DNA of 64,000 bases from Paramecium tetraurelia (taxonomy: Eukaryota). Shown here in pieces: positions 53,124 through 64,000 of this stretch (its first letter is position 1; every line of letters begins with the position of its first letter). The DNA lies in assembly GCA_000165425.1 (NCBI GenBank), contig CT868540.1, positions 310,001 through 374,000 of the forward strand. The letters are read 5' to 3'. A program made the translations under genes and the position numbers. The notes below the pieces were generated by a model that had not been told where the DNA came from, searched no databases, and was given only the letters and a program-made list of their open reading frames with translations.

Positions 53124-56100
53124 ATGATTTTTTTGATTGACAGCAAATCCATATTAGATTGCAGAACTTACAGTATAATAAGACCACATTAATTTGATGT
53201 CGTTGCCATTTTAGAGTATTATAAATAACAATTACAATCAGCAGAATTTAAAGAAGAATCAAAACCAATCTTATTTGATAAACTAAAGACTTTAGCTAAT
53301 GTCCTATTTAATTCAAATAAATCTCAAATTTTAAGATTATTATAAGTCTTCACATAAAACTCCTCTGAAAATTAGTAGCTTTTTTAAACATTTCAGACTA
53401 GCACTTGTTCATAATGGTTTATCGAATAACTTTATATTGATTTAGTTCTAATAATTTTTCAACAATATCTATTAAATGACTAGTAATTCATTGGAGTATT
53501 GTTAAAAAAGATTATGAATTTATATGAATTGAACCTCTAAGTTCAGAGTGGATAGTATAAAAGTCCACGATTTTAAGAACATCATTAATCAAATATGAAT
53601 AAGAGAACTTAAGGAAAAAACGGAAAAGATTAAATAATTGATTAATTCAAAGTTTAAATAGACGATTGCATTCGAGAAAATAATTATATGTAAGTTCTAA
53701 ATGATGTTCAATATGAGACATAATATGTAGAAACAAATACTCATCCTACTAAAACTACTTAAAAAAAACAATCTAAAAAATAAAATCAAGGGAAACAAAA
53801 AAAGTAAAATTTGAATTAAGAACCAAATTTAATTTAATCTAATCCTGCATGCTTTAATCAACAAGGATAAGGCAGTTCTGGTTTAGAAATTTAGAAATAA
53901 TAAAATTAAATTAACGACTTAATATGCAACATCATCAGTAAAAAGTCTATTGATTCTGAAAATTTAACAGAAGAATATCCTTAGTAAAAAGAGTAAAAAA
54001 AAAAATAAGATACCTCATTAACTTAAGAAGACCCTAAAAAAAAAGAAGAAATAAACTAAGTTAAAAATGATGTCAAAAAGGAAATTTAAGACTAAAACAA
54101 CAATTTGGATATAAATACTATGCAAATTTACTAGTTACCTGAAAATGAATAAGAAAATATAGTCATACAATAATATACAACTTTGGAAGGGGTGTATGAA
54201 TTATTGGAAGATTAGTATTCTTTTGATATTTGGTGGCCAGTATTTAAGGCTTAATGTGTTTAATGTAAAAATAAAGATGAGTTCTTTAAGGTTCTATAGT
54301 AAAAAGCCCCAATTTTGATGGAAAAATGGTCTAAAACAACAGAAAATTCAGATAGTGAAATAATTGAGAGGTTTGAAGAAATTGATTTAAAAAAATAAGA
54401 TAATGAATAATAAAATGATTGTTTAATATTAAAGGAATAAGATAGAAATAACATTCTAGAAAAATCAGCAAATCTTGAAAATAATAATAAAAATATTTGT
54501 ACCAATATTGTTAGTCAACAACATGAGAATATTGATAAATTAAAGATTAATTAACAAATATAAAGTTAAGGAAATCAAACAGAATCAAATCATTTATAGA
54601 GTAGTCAATAATTTATTAATCAAGAATTTATTTAAGAAAATCGATTTAGCTAAGATTTTAGTGATGGTGGATTATTTAATCTTAATTAATAATAGAACTT
54701 TGAAAATCAAAATTTTTCAGATTTATTTGTTCTATCTCCCTCAAAGAAATCTTCTGCAAATTATTGCAGCGATGAAGAAAACTTTGTACTTAATAAGGGA
54801 AATGAAGAAGAGAATAATTCAAATTTAAGTTAATCTGATAGTGTTATTTTAGATGAAAAGCAAACAAAAAAGAGTTTAATTACAAATTTAGAATAATTTT
54901 ATAAATCAAAACTTGTTGAAAATCAACCATAACATATTTTTCCAGAACTTGAATATATGGGTGACACATAGAAGATGGTTGAGAAACTGTTATCATATTT
55001 AGATTTAGAAAATCTTGATATTTAAATAGAAGACTTTTTAGCTTAACCACCCATAAGCCCATCAAAAAATTTACAAGAATTTGTTTTAGCAACTTATAAT
55101 ATAATCAAACACATTACCATACATAAATATTCCACAATAATTGAAGTGAAATAAGTTGAAAAAGAATACTTGGGATCAGTAATAATATGTTAAGTCAACA
55201 ATAACAATAAGGAGATAAAGAAATACAAAGGACCATGTTTAGATATAGTAAATATAATAACAAGATTGATAGCAATTAAGAAACTTAACAATAAATTCTT
55301 TAGCGAAGGTCTAGAATCCACAAGTTTATTCTAAAGCGTTATGTCGATAATAAAAAGATTAGTCCCAGGTAAAGGTGTTTTTAAAGAAATAAAAGAAAAA
55401 TATAAGAAAATAAAGAGTCCTCATGATAAACATTTAGATAAGATAGTTCTTATTAAAGCTCAAAAATCAATTCCATTAGTGTCTACAAATTAGTAAAACT
55501 CTTAACCAGATAAGTCAGAAAATAAAAAATATGATTTAAATAAATAACCTGCTGCAAAGAGAAGAAATTATGATAAAAGAGGTTAAAGAGATGGTTAATT
55601 GTAAAACAGAAATACAGAAACAAACTTTGTCAAAAATAAAAAAGCTAAATACAATCAGACTTAAAATTAGAATGAATCAAATACAATATTTTAACAACAT
55701 TAAAACAATTATGAGAAACAAGATTATTCCTTTGATTAATCACCATATTCTTATAATCAATAAAACTAATCATAATATTAAAGTTATCTATAAAATTAAT
55801 ATTAATAACCATCCTTATAAAAGAAAAGTTATAATTATCAGAATCAACTTTGTTAATAAGGTTATTAAGGCACATCGAAAAATCAGCAATAAGAATATAA
55901 TTTTTACTAATAATCAGCTTAGAATTAGTATGCCTACAATACGCCCTACCATCCCAACCATTTACAATAATTCTAATATTAGGCTCAATATTAATATGAT
56001 AATTAAAATGATATGCACATGCAAGCATATCCTTATTTTCTTAAAAAGTCTTAAACTATGTAAAAAGGAAATTTTAAATTAGAAAAACAATCTAGGCAAT

Positions 56101-56408
56101 AGTTGCAAACTTAATAAAGTTATTCACATAACCGATAGAGTAATTAATACGAATAATTTCATTAAAATCAATAAATGACTTAATCATATGAGGGTTATGC
56201 AAAATAGAAATAACGAAGATATGATTATCAGCATTAAAGTGCGTCACAAAGTCCTGTTTATCAAAATCAAGGACAATTTAATTAAGAAAATTAATATTTA
56301 AATCAGCCCTCCTATTATTAAATGCAACCTTAAAATAACTAACGACCAATAGATTGTTAGATTATATAAAAAATGGTAACCAAACTTATGGGAGATAGAA
56401 TGCATTGA
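53124..56408 (+). CDS. Large Gln/Asn-rich hypothetical protein
   Basis: Long code-6 ORF; helical N-terminus, charged middle, Q/N/Y-rich C-terminal third; ends MVTKLMGDRMH-TGA. Confidence 0.68.
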
Positions 56409-56484
56409 GTTTGCATTAAATGAATGATTAATAATAGAATTGATAATTTTCAACATCAAATATATATAGATAATAACATAAATA

Positions 56485-57936
56485 TCATTTTCTCAAATTT
56501 TTTTTAATTTATTACATTGTTGGAATATCCTTTACATTTTTACCATAGTACATAAGAGTTGGTTCAGAATTATTTATAAAATTTTTTACATAATCCTATA
56601 ATTGTTCTTTAGTAACATTTTCGATCAAACTCTCATAAAGGGGCACAGCATTTTATCCCATCAGGAATGTCTTGCATAATTTGATTGAAATACTGTTTTT
56701 ATTTATTCTTCTAAACGATCAGCTTGTCTCTCCAAATTCAAATTAATTAATGTGATGGCTATGTTTTTGCCTCTCTAAAATTCCTCATCACTCATTGGTT
56801 ACCCCAATTATCTGAATTCATCAATTAAGCATTCGTATAATTCCTATTTAGAACTAGGAGGTCCTTAAACTCTTAACCCAAATATTCCTGCATCTGAAAA
56901 CACTTAAGAAACTCCTGCTGCCTCTTCCACAGATTATATTGATTGCATTAAATTCAGAGTTGTTCTGGATCTCATTCCTTTACCAGGACCACCAGTTGAC
57001 CAGGAACCTATAAAATACTACAAATACTTGAAGATCCTAAAATTTGATTTAAAATATGTTGAGTAGGCATATTCTTATCACTCCATTTACTTCCTTTAAA
57101 TAGTAATGCAATATCAAGAGTATCATTTTTCTCATCGTTTAAGGCAAATACTTGAGAATGGAACTCTGGGGAAGTTTATTTCCTTAATTACCTTTAGAAA
57201 ACTAGCAGATTTTTTGAAATTCTTACATTATTGATGATTTACTAATTTTTTTTCAATGTATTCTCTAAATTATTCATGACTCCACACTCCTGCATAACCA
57301 ATAATCATATTTTAACTAGTAAGCATTTATTCTTAAAATCTTGAAAAGTCTTCTTATTTTGGCAATATTTGTGCTGATGTTTTAGCATTTGTTAATGGAT
57401 GTGTGCCAAAAGCAGCTCTTTTAATAACTTCATCTACAGTCATCTAAATATTTGCAATATAATACTCTCTCTTAAGGAATATTCATTTAACTAAATTAAT
57501 CTCTGGTTTCTTTTGCAATTCTCTTGGTCGTCAAAGCAAGCTTTAATAGGACATCTACAATCATATCAAAATCTTCCTATATAAATTAGCATTTCCAATA
57601 TGATAATTCTGAATCATATGTTTAATCCAGCATGCAGCCTGTTCGAAGAGTTTGCTCACTAAATAGCTGATAAATTTACAAATTTTCCAAACAATCATTT
57701 TCAGAAATATGATACATATGTTAATTAAGACTGAATAGTGAGCCAGTTTCTGAGGGAAGCTCATTTCTTAATCCAGCCTTGAAACAAATTCCTATATCAG
57801 ATGCAAATGGAAAAGCAGTTTATTCAGTAAATATTTTAATTCCAGAAGGTAATTCGCTAATCTTTAAAATAGGTTGTTTATCTTTGATGTATTTCATTGA
57901 TTTTACAGTTGAAAATCCTCTTAGAATTTTATTCAT
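56485..57936 (-). CDS. PMPCA: Mitochondrial processing peptidase alpha subunit (M16 family)
   Basis: ISELPSGIKIFTE..CFKAGLRNE; glycine-rich loop GSWSTGGPGKGMRSR..FSDAGIFG; no HxxEH (non-catalytic subunit); mitochondrial presequence MNKILRGFST. Confidence 0.88.
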
Positions 57937-57974
57937 AAATAAATTTGTTTAATATTTTTTTATTATAATATTCT

Positions 57975-60900
57975 TCATTATGCTAACGCTAATGCTACTT
58001 TTGTTTTTTGATGACCATCCAATTACTCATTTAATGTCGTGACTTATGATCTTAAAGCTTCAATTTCAGCAAAGGAAACTACCAATAAGAAACTATATTC
58101 ATCAATCTTGTATTGAAGACTATTTAATTTTGAATATTCAAATTTCCATTATCCTAAATCCTAATTGTAAATAGACATTTTACTTTTTCTAATTCAATAA
58201 CTTTCTAATCTGCCTCATTCAAATCTGCAGTTAAATGATCAACTTAAGTTGTTAATTCATTAGATTTATCTTCTAATTTCTTTGCTTTAAATTCATATCT
58301 TTTAACTTCACTGCTCAAAAGTGCCATTTTATCCTCATATTTATACTAATGTTTTAATAATAATGACATACTTTAATATCTTCAAGTTCGGCTATTTTAC
58401 TTTCTAATTAAGTTAACTTTTGTTTAAATTAATCTATAATTTCATCTTTTGATTGTGATTCAGTTTCTAATTTTTTTATTTGATTTTGTAAATCTTCCTA
58501 ATTTACCAATAAACCTTCTATTTCAGCTACTTATTATTTTAGATGAGTAATCTCATTTAATTTATCTTAATTATCATCAATTTGTTATTGTAATTAGTTC
58601 TCAAGAGAACCTAATTAAGTTTTTAATTCATTAATATCTTCTAATTAATTATGTAAATCATTCATTTCTTAATCTAATTTTATCAATTCTTAATTTTATT
58701 AATCAATTTCATCTTGTTTTTTTTTATTTAAGACTTTAAGTCTTTCTATTTCAGATGAAAGCATAGCTAATTTATTTTCCATCTATTCTTTAGTCATCTG
58801 TAATTATTAATATGACTAATCTAAGGATTCATGCTTTTATTTCCATAATTTTAATTCTTTCTCAAGTTCTGCTATTCTATCTTTTAAGCTTTCTATTTCC
58901 AATTCTAGAGCCTACATTTCAGCTAATTAACCTTCTAATTCTTAAATTCTCTTTTTAAGATCATCCACGTTTTCCATCTTATCTAATTTATATTTCATTC
59001 CTTCAATGTGAGTGGATAACATTGCACACTTACTCTATAAATCGTACTTCTCAGATTCAGTTTATTAAATTCTTTATTCCAATTCTTATCTCCCTTTAGC
59101 CTCATTTTATAATTGTTCTTATAATACAGTATTAGATTCATGCAATTCTTTAATTTAGACCTTTAAAGAGTCTAATTCTAATAGTTCTTATTATAAATTT
59201 TGATTTTATTATTAATGATTAAGGACTTCTTAATTCTTTTGCTAAATAGTTTAATTTAATCTTTGGTTTTCTTATTTAAGAAGAGTTAATCTATTTTATA
59301 AATCTAAAGTTGGATCTTCCTCATTTGCTAAATTTGATTCTGAAACCTTCTTATAACTTTGTTATAATGAACTAAGCTATTATTGCAATTCTGCAATTAC
59401 AGATTCGGAATTGGATTGCTTATGAATAATATCTTAAGCCTTCTATTCTTCTAATTATCGTTTTAATTCAGCTATATTTGTATTTGCTTAATTCGATTAA
59501 CCTCTCAGTTTTTCTAATTCATCTTAATAATTTTAATTCACCTATTGTTATGCATCATACTTGTTTTACAATTAACTTAATTTTTCTTTCAATATATTTA
59601 AATCTGACAATTATTCTTCTGCATTTTTCAATTGTTCTGTTTTTTGATCATTCAAGTATCTCAATCTTTAAGATTCAGCACTCAACATTGCTACCTTGTT
59701 TTCTAAGTCATATATTTTATTATTAGCATCAGCCAATTTTTATTCAAGAACATTGAGTTCTTGTAATTTTTATTCTAATTCTTCTATGATTTTATCTTTT
59801 TATTCCAATTCCTTCAATAATTATTGATTTTAATTCTCTAATTATTCAATTTCTCCTAACTATTCTTATAAATTTTTCAAATCTTCTTATTACTCTAATA
59901 TCTTTTCGTTTTTTTATTTAAGTTAAACTTTTAATCTCTCTATTTCTGATGCCAACATACTTACTTTACTTTCTAATTACTATTTCTCTTATTCTAAAAG
60001 TTTAAATTTATCAATATCCTTCAATAATTGAGAATTTTCTTGAGCAAGTTTTTCATTTTCTCTATGGGATTCATCAATTTCATGTTACAATCTTTAGTTT
60101 TCTTACTATAAAAGTGATAATGACTTGATTTTTTGATTTAATTCAGAAATAGTCAATTCTGCATTATTTAAATCTATGTCCTTTTGTTACGATTATTACA
60201 ACATTTGTTATAATTCAGCACTCTTATCAGATAATAGTTTTTTAATCCTATCTAATTCTCCAATCAAGCCTTAATGAAGTTTAAGCTATCCTTTGGTTTA
60301 TTCCAGTTCAATTTACAATTTTTGTTTATCTTCATTAAGTTAATGAATCTGAGTAGACAACTTGTTTTACTCTTGGGTCAAAGTCTCAACTCTAGCAATT
60401 GATTCTTTTTGAGCAGATGATAATTATTGATGTTAGAGATCCAGATTCTATCATATAAGATTTGAATTACATTATATTTAATTTTCCATTGATCTAGCTA
60501 TTTAAGGGCAGCAGCTAAATCAGATTGTTATTTTTTTAATTGATTCTACGATTCTTGTCTTTCTCTTTAAAATTAATCTTTTAAGTTTTGAACTTCTGCA
60601 GGATTAAATTCTGCAAGTTTTGATTTAAGTTCATCAATTTCTTTTTATTTTTTATTGTCATTTTCAATGTATTTTTATTTCCAAGTCTCAATCATTAATT
60701 CTTTTCCTTGGTTTTGATTATGCATATCTTAAAGAGCCTATTGAAAAGCTTCCAGCTCTTAGAATTACTCTTAATATTCCTTGCATTTTTATAAAAGCTA
60801 TATAATTATTTTAATTAGATACTTGACTTATTGTATCCTCTCTTTCAGCCACTAATTTTTTTAATCTTTCAACCTCAACTTATTAATTTAGCAATTTCTA

Positions 60901-61351
60901 ATTTTCAATAATCAACTTATTCATCTCAGATTTCTAATTATCCAAATCAGCTTGTGCTTTAGTAAAATCTATCTAAAACTTTTTAACATCCTCCTATGAA
61001 CCTAATATCCTTGATTATAATTCATCTTTCTAAATAATAACTCATAATTAGATTACAATTTCATTATCTATCTCATATTTAGCTAATCGAGCTTCTAATG
61101 AAAAGTACTTCTTTTTCCACTATTCTAATTCATCCCTTGCACTTTCATCAACTTCTTTATCATAATTATATGATCCTGGATTCTTTTCCTTTACAATTAC
61201 AGTAGTAGGCAAATTTTGAGCAGCAGGTATAACATATGATGTCCCCATATTAACAACAGGAGGAACAACTAATTTCTAATTAAATCTACATACCTCGACT
61301 GGGTGATCTGACTGAAATAATCTAAGAGGATTGCGGTCTAAATGAAGACAT
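57975..61351 (-). CDS. Large coiled-coil protein with recurring KxAMLSSEIERL motif (cortical/cytoskeletal candidate)
   Basis: V/P-rich head (VPPVVNMGTSYVIP), EQWKKKYFSLE, repeated E.K.AML.SEIERL units, C-terminal LLVVSFAEIEALR. Confidence 0.8.
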
Positions 61352-61401
61352 TGTTAATTAATTAATTTTTATTTAGGTATTTATTCATTCGATAAAGAGA
61401 A

Positions 61402-62957
61402 TCAATTTACTTAAGCATTTTTATATTATCTAAGAGCATCCCTAACATCATCACAATTATCTTCTGCTATTTTTCTTAAAAATACACTCAATTTAAGCAA
61501 TTCCTTATCATCCGGATCATTGTACCAAGTCTTTATTTAAATACCATTCTCTTCTTAATGCTGATAATTAGCTTCAATATTATCTATTATTATGCATTTA
61601 GCCATCTTCCTACCCAGTCTTGATAAATCCTTAACAAAGTGTTTTTGATACTGCATAGCATGCTATCTATACAATCTGAACTGGATGTATTTATTGAAAG
61701 CAGCTTAATCAAGTACCCAATTTGCATAATCTGGTAATCCAGCAGTAAATACAGCTATCTCATAATATTTGCTCATTTCTTACAGAAACTACTCTGCAAA
61801 TGGTCTTACTAAAAAACTTTTCGTTTATTCAACGTAATGAATTAAAGTTTCATCCATGTCTAATATAAGAGTGAAGTCATGTGTTGCTTCATTTGGAAGG
61901 TAAGGTTTGTGAGCTACACTTATCAATGGAATACCCAATAATCCATGATAACCTTATTAAATAGTGAAGTATAGTGATGTAAAGTTTTATAGCATTTAAT
62001 TACTCTCGACTATCTTTAAATTAGGAATCAATCTAAAATATGAATTTAAAAATTAATAAAGATCTTTAGATTATTTAGTTAAAGTCTTATACAACCCTTA
62101 TAGTAATTCAAGATTTTGTCTAATCTAAGTGCTTGACTCTATTTTTTTACTTCCAAAATACTTTTTATTTTGCATAATTATTGTTACTAATTCTTATTTT
62201 TAGGTCTTCTAGATTATGAATTCTCCTAAAAATAAATAGTTTTATAAATTATATATCAGTAAGTTTCTAAAATTTACATTATTAGTTGAGAAGACATGCT
62301 AATCAAAAAAGCAATTTACCACAACAATTATCTAAAATTTATAATATAATATTTTTACTCCTGTTTTTATTAATATCAAAATTTATCTAAATTTCTTGCT
62401 ATTATCAATCAAAAGGTTCTCTAGTGCTTAAAAATGCACTCCATCAATCACTTCTTAAAATCTATTGATTGAATCCACTAATTCACTCACATCCTTGACT
62501 ATTTAAAATGAAATAATATTACTTTCCTCATTGCATCAATCAAATTAATGATAGAGTAGTAAAGCTTAACATATGAATCTAAGTTGTCTTCTAAATTTTC
62601 TACTATCTCTATCTTCTAATGTGTAGATCTTTTGATTATTGATACTGATCGATTATTATCTTCTTTGGGTTTTAAATCAACTTATGATTGTGACTATCTA
62701 GTTTCACTTTAAGGAGGAGATTCTTCCTTTTGTAATGGATTCAATTTGCTTTATTTGATATTAATAACCAATTTTTTTTCAGATGTGACCACTTTAACCC
62801 TGATCTTTTTGATCTCAAAATTCTTTTTGGATGGTTTTCTAACAGATTTAGATTTAATGACAGGCAATTATTCTGTTTCATCATAATCTAAATTGGTTTT
62901 AAAGGGAGAATTGTCATGATTGACAACAATTTATTATGTTGGTTTATTTTTTCTCAT
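61402..62957 (-). CDS. NIF/FCP1-like (CTD small phosphatase/TIM50 family) HAD phosphatase
   Basis: FTLILDMDETLIH, VRPFAEQFL, EIAVFTAGLPDYANWVLD, RLYRQH, VKDLSRLGR, IIIDN, ENGIQIKTW. Confidence 0.93.
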
Positions 62958-62982
62958 TTATTATTTTATATTAAAATATATA

Positions 62983-64000
62983 TCAGTACTCAGAATTACA
63001 TCTTTTCTTTGTTTACTAAATTATTTAGCTGAAATTTTGTAAAGAAACATTATATTTATGCTTGATAAGTTATTACTCTTTCTTGCCCTAAATAATAAAT
63101 TATTTTAATTTTTAAAAATTGTTTTCTAAAGCAATTTATGATTTAATCAACAGTTCATTTGTGCTTTCCAATTCACTAACATATCTATTCATATCCTCCA
63201 ACTAAATTTCTAAAGCTTTGTTTAGAAGCAATTCATCCTACAATTTTGTCTTGCATTAATTTAATTCTTTTTAGAGAGTTTTATTTTAATCAGCAAAAGA
63301 TGTTAGTTGAATTAATAATTTATTAGGATTAATGTAATATCCATTTTTATTTTAAGGAGTTGATGATTTGCTTGTGATAAATAATTTCTGGTCCATTTAT
63401 AATACTTTATCCAATTGAATTTATTATTCTTCTTACTCCAATTATTTTTCAACTGTCAATTACTATATTTTTTGGGCTTTACCTAAATTTAATTTTGGAA
63501 TTGGAATTTAATGATTCTGTGTCGTAGAAATCTAAGGAGGTAAAAAGTCAACAAAACTCGATTCATTCAATTATGGACTCTATTCATTTAGCTATTTATT
63601 GTTATCTTCAGTTTTATCATTTTTTACTATATCTATGATCATTTACAATTTCTTATTCTCTTACTTTTGTATCCTATTTTCTTCATAGTATTTGATGAGC
63701 ATTTTGTACATTGCTTCCAATTAGTTCTAAAAGGACAAGTATTCATTCTGTATTGATATAGGCTTTTATAGGTTTATATTAATACTATTTTAGTTCTCAT
63801 TCTTTTTTTCTATAGCAAACCTTATAACTATTCATTTAATTCAACTATTTGATTATCCTTCACAAGAAGTTAATTCTATAGGTCGATCAGCTTTATTTAT
63901 TTCTCACTTTGAATATCCAAGATTCTTTAAGAATTTTCCATCCCTATTTATTACAGAAGCAAATTCTAACAATCATAAAATCAAAAAACCTATGCTCTCA
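62983..64000 (-). CDS. Hypothetical coiled-coil protein; 5' end outside the window
   Basis: Code-6 ORF ending KKRCNSEY-TGA at 62985-62983. Confidence 0.65.

Overview
Very AT-rich, gene-dense eukaryotic DNA from a ciliate, most likely a Paramecium macronuclear chromosome. TAA/TAG encode Gln, TGA is the only stop, and genes are interrupted by tiny (about 22-31 nt) GT..AG introns, so the supplied standard-code ORF track shows only fragments or antisense artefacts. Hand translation with genetic code 6 gives about 30 protein genes. Signalling and regulation: atypical TGH-motif MAPK, two other Ser/Thr kinases, hybrid histidine kinase, NIF/CTD phosphatase, metallophosphoesterase, R2R3 Myb, YTH m6A reader, tandem CCCH (TIS11-like) protein, small CRIM-like protein. 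Structural and trafficking: SAS-4/CPAP, PX sorting nexin, trichocyst matrix protein, TM-SMP lipid-transfer protein, MORN, LRR, EF-hand, EF-hand-WD40 and large coiled-coil proteins. Others: RAP-domain protein, MPP-alpha, B-box-like protein, secreted His/Glu-repeat protein. There are at least two frameshifted pseudogenes (AIFM2/FSP1-like, ABC1 kinase) and other decayed stretches. I saw no rRNA, tRNA, transposon, telomere or CRISPR. The most notable observations are a 9-copy 39-nt expansion of an (F)DEIPIK motif upstream of the tubulin-binding SAC motif in SAS-4, two divergent ATGs only 10 nt apart, an ATGA stop/start overlap, and the secreted (EEVHEEHK)n protein. All calls come from manual reading without database searches; the stated gene ends depend on inferred intron placement.
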